Below, in pieces: positions 11,133 through 17,611 of a stretch of DNA of 17,611 bases. Position 1 is the stretch's first letter. Each line of letters starts with the position of its first letter. The notes under the pieces were generated by a model. That model was not told where the DNA came from, ran no database searches, and was given only the letters and a program-made list of their open reading frames with translations. Source of the DNA: Alphaproteobacteria bacterium (lineage in GTDB: Bacteria > Pseudomonadota > Alphaproteobacteria > UBA6615); NCBI GenBank assembly GCA_965261975.1, contig CBDHEC010000030.1:1-17611 (forward strand), written 5' to 3'. The position numbers and the translations under genes were made by a program.

Positions 11133-12224
11133 TTGGATTCTCGCACCGGTACCTCCCGCCTGCGTTTGATGCCCCTCGGTCTGGTCTCCGGTACCCCCGC
11201 GATCAGGGCTTGCAGCGCAGGTGTGGGGCTCGCCCTTGCGGGGGGAGCGTTTGCGTTTACCCGCGCCCGGGTCACAGGTGCCGATGCGCCGGGTGATGAA
11301 GCGCTGTCGGTCGCCGATCTGTTGCGCTGGGCGACGCAGGCCGCGCGGGACGGTGACGATGGACCGGCCGAATTGGTGGCGCGGGTGTCGCGACCGCGGA
11401 CGGACTTTGCGGGCCTGGTGTTGAGTGGCACGGGCGCGCGACCACGGCTCATGGGGGTGTGCAATGTCACGCCCGATAGTTTCTCCGACGGTGGCGATCA
11501 CGCGGCAACCGCGCAAGCCCTTGCATTCGCGCAACGATTGTTCGACGCCGGCGCGGATATCATTGATGTCGGCGGGGAGTCGACGCGCCCCGGCGCCGAG
11601 CCGGTTGCGGTGGAGGTTGAGATCGAGAGGGTCTTGCCGGTCATCAAGCAGCTGACGGCACGAGGAGTGCCGGTATCGGTCGATACACGCCGCGCGCCGG
11701 TCATGCGGGCGGCGATCAAAGCTGGTGTTGCGCTCATCAACGATGTGAGTGGGCTGTCCGACGACCCCGATGCCCTGGCTGTCGTCGCCGCTTCGGAGGT
11801 GCCCGTGGTCCTGATGCACATGCAGGGGACGCCTGAAAATATGCAAGACGATCCGTCTTATGCGGACGTTGTGAGCGAAGTTTACGATGCGTTGGCGGTG
11901 CGCGTGGCGGCATGCCTCGACGCCGGCATCGCGCCGGAGCGGATCGCAATCGATCCAGGGTTCGGGTTTGGCAAAACGGTGACGCACAACCTCGAATTGC
12001 TGTCGGGGCTCGCGCAGTTCCACGGGCTTGGATGTCCGATCGTGGTGGGGCTCTCGCGAAAAAGTTTCATCGGCGCGCTGACGGGCGAGGAAGATCCCAA
12101 GCAGCGGGTGGCCGGTTCCGTTGCGGCGGCGATCAAGGCGCTTGATCAGGGCGCACAGGTCGCCCGGGTTCACGATGTGGCGGAGACCCGGCAGGCATTT
12201 GATGTCTGGAGAGCAGCCCTTTGA
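11133..12224 (+). CDS. folP: Dihydropteroate synthase with ~100 aa N-terminal extension
   Basis: MGVCNVTPDSFSDGG, DVGGESTRPGA, SVDT, INDVSG, LMHMQG.P, IDPGFGFGKT, GLSRKSF, RVHDV; ftsH-folP-glmM synteny. Start is uncertain (TTG 11133 or ATG 11169). Confidence 0.95.
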   Translation: MDSRTGTSRLRLMPLGLVSGTPAIRACSAGVGLALAGGAFAFTRARVTGADAPGDEALSVADLLRWATQAARDGDDGPAELVARVSRPRTDFAGLVLSGTGARPRLMGVCNVTPDSFSDGGDHAATAQALAFAQRLFDAGADIIDVGGESTRPGAEPVAVEVEIERVLPVIKQLTARGVPVSVDTRRAPVMRAAIKAGVALINDVSGLSDDPDALAVVAASEVPVVLMHMQGTPENMQDDPSYADVVSEVYDALAVRVAACLDAGIAPERIAIDPGFGFGKTVTHNLELLSGLAQFHGLGCPIVVGLSRKSFIGALTGEEDPKQRVAGSVAAAIKALDQGAQVARVHDVAETRQAFDVWRAAL

Positions 12225-12241
12225 GCGTCGATATGACGGGA

Positions 12242-12272
12242 TTGTAAACGGCTCCGGACAGGGTGCTATAAG
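12242..12272 (+). promoter_or_regulatory. Candidate internal promoter for glmM (extended -10)
   Basis: TG-c-TATAAG at 12264-12272. TTGTAA at 12242-12247 is 19 nt upstream of the hexamer, which is longer than optimal. Confidence 0.4.
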
Positions 12273-12296
12273 TCGGGTTCTCGACAAGTTCGGAAA

Positions 12297-13652
12297 ATGA
12301 CGATGGCACGAAAGCTTTTCGGCACCGATGGTATCCGCGGCAAGGCCAATCAGGAGCCGATGACCGCCGAGACGGCATTGCGCGTGGCGATGGCGGCGGG
12401 GCATCGCTTCACCCGCGGCGATCACCGTCATCTCGTGATCATCGGCAAGGACACCAGGCTCAGTAACTACATGCTTGAGCCCGCGATGCAGGCCGGCTTT
12501 ACGGCGATGGGCATGGATGTCGTGCTGGTCGGCCCGATGCCGACACCGGCCGTTGCCATGCTGACCCGGAGCCTGCGGGCCGATCTCGGCGTTGTCCTGT
12601 CGGCATCGCACAATCCCTATGAAGACAACGGCATCAAGCTTTTCGGACCCGACGGGTTCAAGCTGTCCGATGCGGTGGAAGAGGAAATCGAGGGCCTGAT
12701 CGAGAACGGGTTGCTCGATCATTTGGCAGACGCGGGCAGCCTCGGTCGCGCGCGCCGCCTCGAAGATGCGCCGGGTCGATACATCGAGTTCGTCAAACAC
12801 ACTTTCCCACGCGGGCTGCGCCTGGATGGCCTGAAAGTGGTCGTCGATTGCGCGAACGGTGCCGCCTACAAGGTCGCGCCCTCCGTGTTCCACGAGTTGG
12901 GGGCGGACGTTATTCCCATGGCGATCGATCCGGATGGGACAAATATCAACCGCGATTGCGGCGCCACGGCAACGGATGCCCTGCAGCAGCAAGTGGTGAC
13001 CCATGGCGCTCATCTGGGTATCGCGCTGGACGGTGACGCCGACCGCGTCATCCTGTGTGACGAGAGCGGCGAGGTCGTCGATGGCGATCAGGTGATGGCG
13101 GTGATCGCACGGTCCTGGCAGGCCGCCGGCCGTTTGCTGGGGGGCAAGGTGGTCGCGACCGTCATGTCCAACCTGGGCTTCGAGCGTTATCTGCAGACCA
13201 TCGATTTGGATATGGAACGCACGAAGGTCGGCGATCGCTATGTCCTGGAACGGATGCGTGAGGGTGGCTACAACCTCGGCGGGGAGCAGTCCGGTCATCT
13301 CATCCTGAGCGACTATTCGACCACCGGCGACGGCCTGATCGCGGCTCTGCAGGTGTTGGCGGCGCTGGTCGAATCCGGCGCGACGATGAGCGCGCTGACG
13401 AACGTCTTCGAATCCTATCCGCAGCTGTTGCGCAACGTGCCCGCCAATGGTGCGTCTGCAATGGAGCATGCGAGCGTCAAATCCGCCGTTGTGGCGGCCG
13501 AAGAAAAACTGGGAGATGATGGGCGTGTTCTCATCCGCGCGTCGGGCACGGAGCCCGTCATACGCGTCATGGCGGAAGGCCTCGATGCCGACACCGTCAC
13601 CGCCGTCGTCGACGAGATAGCCGGCGCGATCACCGACGTTCCGGCGACCTAG
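12297..13652 (+). CDS. glmM: Phosphoglucosamine mutase
   Basis: [18 protein letters not shown], catalytic SASHNP, metal loop DGDADR, GGEQSGH, RASGTEP.IRVM. Start may be ATG 12303. Confidence 0.98.
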   Translation: MTMARKLFGTDGIRGKANQEPMTAETALRVAMAAGHRFTRGDHRHLVIIGKDTRLSNYMLEPAMQAGFTAMGMDVVLVGPMPTPAVAMLTRSLRADLGVVLSASHNPYEDNGIKLFGPDGFKLSDAVEEEIEGLIENGLLDHLADAGSLGRARRLEDAPGRYIEFVKHTFPRGLRLDGLKVVVDCANGAAYKVAPSVFHELGADVIPMAIDPDGTNINRDCGATATDALQQQVVTHGAHLGIALDGDADRVILCDESGEVVDGDQVMAVIARSWQAAGRLLGGKVVATVMSNLGFERYLQTIDLDMERTKVGDRYVLERMREGGYNLGGEQSGHLILSDYSTTGDGLIAALQVLAALVESGATMSALTNVFESYPQLLRNVPANGASAMEHASVKSAVVAAEEKLGDDGRVLIRASGTEPVIRVMAEGLDADTVTAVVDEIAGAITDVPAT

Positions 13653-13672
13653 CGCGGAGCCCGTATTTCGAC

Positions 13673-14482
13673 ATGGATGGACGGGTATTGATAATCGCCG
13701 GATCGGATTCCGGCGGCGGCGCGGGAATTCAGGCAGATATCAAGGCTGTCACGGCGCTCGGTGGGTTCGCGATGACCGCGGTCACCGCTCTGACGGCGCA
13801 GAACACCCAGGGCGTGCATGGCATTTTCGGTGTCGATACCAGCTTTATTGCCCAGCAAATGCGGGTCGTACTGGATGATATCGGTGCGGACTGTCTGAAA
13901 ACCGGAATGCTGCACAGCGTCGATGTCATCGAAACCGTGGTCGAGACGCTGTCCGATATCGGGGCCGAAATCCCGCTGGTCGCAGACCCGGTCATGGTCG
14001 CGAAGGGCGGTGCGCAGTTGCTCGATGGCGGCGCCCATGCGGCCCTGGTGTCACTGCTCGTCCCGCGCGCCCGTCTGCTCACACCGAACGCACCCGAAGC
14101 GGCCGCCTTGACGGGCGTCGCGGTCGAGGATGAAGACGGTCAGCGCCGGGCCGGTGAGCGATTGCTGGAACTCGGCGCGGCGGCCGTACTGGTCAAGGGC
14201 GGGCATATCGAGGGCCCCGACGTGGTGGATCTTCTTGTCACCCCGGGCGAAATACACAGGTTTGCCGACCCGCGGATCGATACACGCCATACCCACGGGA
14301 CCGGCTGTACGCTCGCCTCGTCCATTGCCGCGGGCCTGGCGCAGAATATGAGTCTGGTGGATGCCGTGGCCCGCGCGCGCGCATATGTGCGCCATGCCAT
14401 TGCCGCCGCACCCGGTTACGGTCATGGCCATGGCCCGCTCGATCATGGCGTGACATTTGACCCTGGGCGTCTCGACAAGTGA
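13673..14482 (+). CDS. thiD: Hydroxymethylpyrimidine/phosphomethylpyrimidine kinase
   Basis: IAGSDSGGGAGIQADIK, TAQNT.GV, KTGML, DPVMVAKGG, TPN..EA, KGGH, THGTGCTLAS. Confidence 0.95.
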   Translation: MDGRVLIIAGSDSGGGAGIQADIKAVTALGGFAMTAVTALTAQNTQGVHGIFGVDTSFIAQQMRVVLDDIGADCLKTGMLHSVDVIETVVETLSDIGAEIPLVADPVMVAKGGAQLLDGGAHAALVSLLVPRARLLTPNAPEAAALTGVAVEDEDGQRRAGERLLELGAAAVLVKGGHIEGPDVVDLLVTPGEIHRFADPRIDTRHTHGTGCTLASSIAAGLAQNMSLVDAVARARAYVRHAIAAAPGYGHGHGPLDHGVTFDPGRLDK

Positions 14483-14495
14483 TGCTGGCGCAGGC

Positions 14496-15404
14496 ATGAC
14501 CCAATCATCCAGTTCGCCACCGGCAGCCGCCGGGTTTTTCTCTCTTGCCACCGCCGGTGCACTCGTCACCGTTTTCGTGTGGGGTGGCACACCGATCATC
14601 ACGAAATTCGGCGTCGAATCGGTCGATGTCCTGTCGCTCGCGCTGTTGCGGACGGTGATGTCGCTCCCGTTTGCGATATTGATCCTTGCCGCCCTGCGAT
14701 GCCCGCTGCCATGGGCCGGCAGGGACAAGTGGCTGGTGCTCGCATTCGGCGTGTTTGGTGTCATCGGCTTCCCGATCCTGTTCACGCTCGGTGTCGGGCA
14801 AACATCCGCCGGACATGCCGCAGTCGTGACGGCGGCGACCCCGGTATTCGTCGGATTGCTCGAGGCCATCGTCAGTCGCAAGCTTCCGTCCATGCGCTGG
14901 TGGATCGGTGTTTCGGTGGCCTTCATTGGCGCGGTGATCCTGATCGCTGAATCCGTTGGCCTGGATTCCGCCGGTGCGACCTGGCAGGGCGACTTGCTCG
15001 CTGCGTCGGGCGGTTTTTCGGCCGCCATGAGTTTTGTCATCGGCGCGCGCCTGACGCCGCGCTACGGCGCCATCGGCGTGACCATGTGGAGCGTCGTCAT
15101 CGCCTCCGCAATCCAGCTTCCCTTCGTGATCGCGCGGATGGATGGGGCGGCCTGGGCCGCGGTGGAACCGCTGGGCTGGACCGCGATTATCTACCTGTCG
15201 CTGGGCTCGACGATCGTGGCCTATATCACCTGGATCTTCGCCCTTTCTCGCGGTGGTATCGGGCGCATGAGCGTGTGGCAGTTCGCTCTGCCGGTAGTCG
15301 GCGTCGCCGGGGCGGCGATATTCCTGTCCGAACCGTTGACGCCGCTGCTTGTGGCGGCCACGGTCATTATTCTCTTTGGCGTCGGGCTGGTGCAGCGGCG
15401 CTGA
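14496..15404 (+). CDS. DMT superfamily EamA-type transporter (copy 1)
   Basis: About 300 aa with roughly 10 hydrophobic segments in two repeats; WG, LLR, TSAGHAA, GDLLA, YITW..AL, PVVGV...FLSEPLT. Start placed at ATG 14496, after the thiD stop. Confidence 0.88.
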   Translation: MTQSSSSPPAAAGFFSLATAGALVTVFVWGGTPIITKFGVESVDVLSLALLRTVMSLPFAILILAALRCPLPWAGRDKWLVLAFGVFGVIGFPILFTLGVGQTSAGHAAVVTAATPVFVGLLEAIVSRKLPSMRWWIGVSVAFIGAVILIAESVGLDSAGATWQGDLLAASGGFSAAMSFVIGARLTPRYGAIGVTMWSVVIASAIQLPFVIARMDGAAWAAVEPLGWTAIIYLSLGSTIVAYITWIFALSRGGIGRMSVWQFALPVVGVAGAAIFLSEPLTPLLVAATVIILFGVGLVQRR

Positions 15405-15420
15405 CGCTGCACGAGGGCCC

Positions 15421-16308
15421 ATGTCCCAGACGACCCGCACCCGCCTCTATACCTTCGCGCTGATCGCGGTCTTCATTTATGGCGTGACGCCGGTCTTTAC
15501 CAAGGTCGGCACGCTGACGGCAGACGGCATCACGGTTGGGGCCTTGCGTGCCGTGATTGCCGCGCCGGTCGCCGCGATCGTGATCGCCTTGACCGGGTGC
15601 CGGATTCCGTGGCGCCGTGATGCCATCTTGCTGGTGTTGATCTCGGGTCTCGGCGGGCTGGTTCTGTTTCCTGTCTTCTTCAGCTGGGGCGTGCAATTCA
15701 CCACGGCAGGGCATGCCGCGGCGGGAACCGCAGCCGGCGCCGTGATGGCAGGCGCCATCATGGCGGTCGTGAACCGCCAGATGCCGGGCTGGCCCTGGTG
15801 GATCGGCGTATTGGTCGGTTCGCTCGGTGCATTGTTGCTCATATGGGAAGCGCTCGGTCTGTCGGTCGCGGGCGTTACGTGGCAGGGGGATGCGCTGGTG
15901 TTCCTCGGTATGTTTCTCGGCGTTGTGGGCTATGTCGCCGGGGCGAGGCTGACCGCAGAAATCGGTGCGCTTACGGTCACGATGTGGTCTGTGCTGGTTG
16001 CGGCCGCGTGCCTGTTGCCGGTGGTCGTCTTTCATTCCGGCGCCGCGACGCTGGTCGCCATCGATATTCCGGGCTGGCTGGCGATATGTTCGCTCGCCTG
16101 GGGAACCACGATCCTCGCCTATCTCTTCTGGAACCGGGCGCTGGCTGATGGCGGTGTCGCTCGGATCGGGGCATTGCAGCTGCTGCAGCCTGTTATCGGT
16201 ATCGGGCTGGCACCGGTCATTCTGGGTGAACCGCTCACCCCGACCTTGCTGGTAGCGACTTTCGTCATTCTGGCGGGTGTGGTGCTGGTCCAACGCGAGC
16301 GGCGGTAA
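15421..16308 (+). CDS. DMT superfamily EamA-type transporter (copy 2)
   Basis: Same architecture as copy 1; TTAGHAA, WQGDAL, AYLFWNRAL, LQPVIG...ILGEPLT. Start placed at ATG 15421. Confidence 0.88.
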   Translation: MSQTTRTRLYTFALIAVFIYGVTPVFTKVGTLTADGITVGALRAVIAAPVAAIVIALTGCRIPWRRDAILLVLISGLGGLVLFPVFFSWGVQFTTAGHAAAGTAAGAVMAGAIMAVVNRQMPGWPWWIGVLVGSLGALLLIWEALGLSVAGVTWQGDALVFLGMFLGVVGYVAGARLTAEIGALTVTMWSVLVAAACLLPVVVFHSGAATLVAIDIPGWLAICSLAWGTTILAYLFWNRALADGGVARIGALQLLQPVIGIGLAPVILGEPLTPTLLVATFVILAGVVLVQRERR

Positions 16309-16317
16309 GCCGCCTGT

Positions 16318-16330
16318 TTAATGCGCAAGA
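16318..16330 (+). promoter_or_regulatory. Candidate Ada-box-like operator (GCGCAA / B-box GCAA)
   Basis: TTAATGCGCAAGA about 100 nt upstream of the ada-like gene resembles the E. coli Ada site (AAAGCGCA; AAT-N6-GCAA). A possible -10, TAGTTT, lies at 16360-16365. Confidence 0.45.
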
Positions 16331-16427
16331 ACCGGGTGGGACCGGCGGTCGTGGGTGCCTAGTTTTCTCCTCATACGAAACGGATCGTACAGACCGTACG
16401 CCCGGGTGTAAGAAGGAGTTGTGGAAT

Positions 16428-17318
16428 ATGGCCATGATCGACACGTTCGAGCGCGATACGCGCGATGACAATTTTGATGACGACTACGGGTTTGCTCTCG
16501 TCGGTCGCCTGCTGACCTGGTTGAGCGAAAATTATCAAAGTCAGCCGAGCCTCGAGCGGATCGCGGACGAGGCGGGCATGAGCGCATTCCACCTGCAGCG
16601 CCTCTTCACCCGCTACGTCGGGGTCAGTCCCAAGAAATATGTACAGTATCTGACCCTCGAACACGCGAAACGGGCGCTTGAAGAATCCCGGAGCGTTCTC
16701 GACGTCGCCTTCGAGACGGGCCTGTCGGGGGCGGGCCGGTTGCACGATCTGTTCGTCACGCATGAGGCCGTCACGCCGGGCGATTGGAAGCGCCGCGGTG
16801 AGGGGTTGGAACTGCGCTATGGCTGGCACGACAGCCCGTTCGGGGAATGCCTGATCGTGGCATCGCCACGCGGCGTGTGCGGACTCGCGTTCAACGGAAC
16901 CGGCGACCGTGCGGAGGCGCTGGACGACCTGCGCGGCAGTCTCGACGCCGCCGAGCTCATCGAAGACCCGAACGCGACCCGAATTCATGCCGACGCGGCG
17001 TTTGGCGAGGGCGATGTGCACCTGTTGCTCCGCGGCACGCCGTTCCAGCTCAAGGTGTGGGAGGCGTTGATGCAGATCCCGGAGGGTGCTGTGCTGACCT
17101 ATGCGGACCTGGCAACGCGAATCGGGAAGCCGGGGGCCGCGCGCGCCGTTGCCGGGGCGGTGGCACGCAATCCCGTGTCGTGGCTGATTCCGTGCCACCG
17201 CGTCATCCGAAACGGGGGCAGTATCAGCGGCTATCGCTGGCACCCCGACAAGAAGCGCCTGATCCTTGCCTGGGAGGCGTCGCGCGCCGAGGGCGACCCG
17301 GCGGAAAGCGGGCGCTGA
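16428..17318 (+). CDS. AraC-type HTH regulator fused to methylated-DNA--protein-cysteine methyltransferase (Ada/Cada2-like, no Zn-binding domain)
   Basis: HTH SLERIADEAGMSAFHLQRLF, GRLHDLF, and an MGMT domain GTPFQLKVWEAL..IP.G...TY..LA..IG.P.AARAV..AVARNP...LIPCHRVI. SD AAGGAG at 16413-16418 before ATG 16428. Confidence 0.92.
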   Translation: MAMIDTFERDTRDDNFDDDYGFALVGRLLTWLSENYQSQPSLERIADEAGMSAFHLQRLFTRYVGVSPKKYVQYLTLEHAKRALEESRSVLDVAFETGLSGAGRLHDLFVTHEAVTPGDWKRRGEGLELRYGWHDSPFGECLIVASPRGVCGLAFNGTGDRAEALDDLRGSLDAAELIEDPNATRIHADAAFGEGDVHLLLRGTPFQLKVWEALMQIPEGAVLTYADLATRIGKPGAARAVAGAVARNPVSWLIPCHRVIRNGGSISGYRWHPDKKRLILAWEASRAEGDPAESGR

Positions 17319-17381
17319 GGCCACTTTATTCCCGGGTTCGCTCGGGGTAGGGTCCGCGCCTGCATTTACGGGAAGGACCCC

Positions 17382-17611
17382 ATGACAGCGCGCTACTGGG
17401 ACGACTACACCGTCGGCGAAGTGTTCGAAACCGAGCCGGTGACGGTGTCGGAGGAGGCCATTATTACCTTCGCCGAAAAATATGATCTGCAGGTATTCCA
17501 CACCGATCCGATCGCGGCGAAGGACAGTTTCTACGGCGGTTTGATCGCAAGCGGGCACCAGACTATCGGATTGGCTTTTGCCCAGTTCATCCGGATCGGC
17601 CTGTTCACCGA
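17382..17611 (+). CDS. MaoC-family (R)-hydratase/dehydratase, 3'-truncated by window edge
   Basis: Not in the ORF track; translated by hand as MTARYWDDYTVGEVFETEPVTVSEEAIITFAEKYDLQVFHTDPIAAKDSFYGGLIASGHQT. Has the D-x4-H-x-D hydratase motif and GLIASG; GAAGGA SD upstream. Confidence 0.85.
   Translation, partial: MTARYWDDYTVGEVFETEPVTVSEEAIITFAEKYDLQVFHTDPIAAKDSFYGGLIASGHQTIGLAFAQFIRIGLFT

Noticed and set aside
11100-13469. 789 aa minus-strand ORF
   Set aside because: Antisense shadow of folP and glmM, which share a frame; the composition (R/H/Q/G-rich) is typical of non-coding reverse frames.
16301-16319. GGCGG-TAAG-CCGCC hairpin followed by TGTTT at the end of EamA copy 2
   Set aside because: Only a 5-bp stem with a poor U tract, overlapping the stop codon; too weak to call a terminator.
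17330-17347. Small UUCG-loop hairpin between the ada-like gene and the MaoC gene
   Set aside because: Short stem with two G-U pairs and no U tract; no function can be supported.
16371-17558. 395 aa minus-strand ORF and the other small overlapping ORFs across the window
   Set aside because: They fully overlap well-supported plus-strand genes and show no independent motifs.

Overview
A GC-rich, all plus-strand block of mostly housekeeping genes from an alphaproteobacterium (gene order and protein style suggest a Rhodospirillales-like lineage; this is inference). The order is 'ruvA-ruvB-ybgC-tolQ-tolR-tolA-tolB-pal-cpoB-tilS-ftsH-folP-glmM-thiD, then a short accessory-looking tail: two paralogous EamA/DMT transporters, an AraC-HTH plus O6-methylguanine methyltransferase fusion lacking the Ada Zn domain (Cada2-like), and the 5' part of a MaoC-type dehydratase. 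I see no mobile element, CRISPR array or RNA gene, and no clearly new biological system. The best leads are regulatory or domain-level: an Ada B-box-like site and an anti-SD element upstream of the Zn-less ada-like gene, an unexplained ~100 aa N-terminal extension on FolP preceded by a 14-bp hairpin, the tandem DMT pair behind thiD, and the pal promoter/leader. All calls come from motif recognition by eye; no searches were run.
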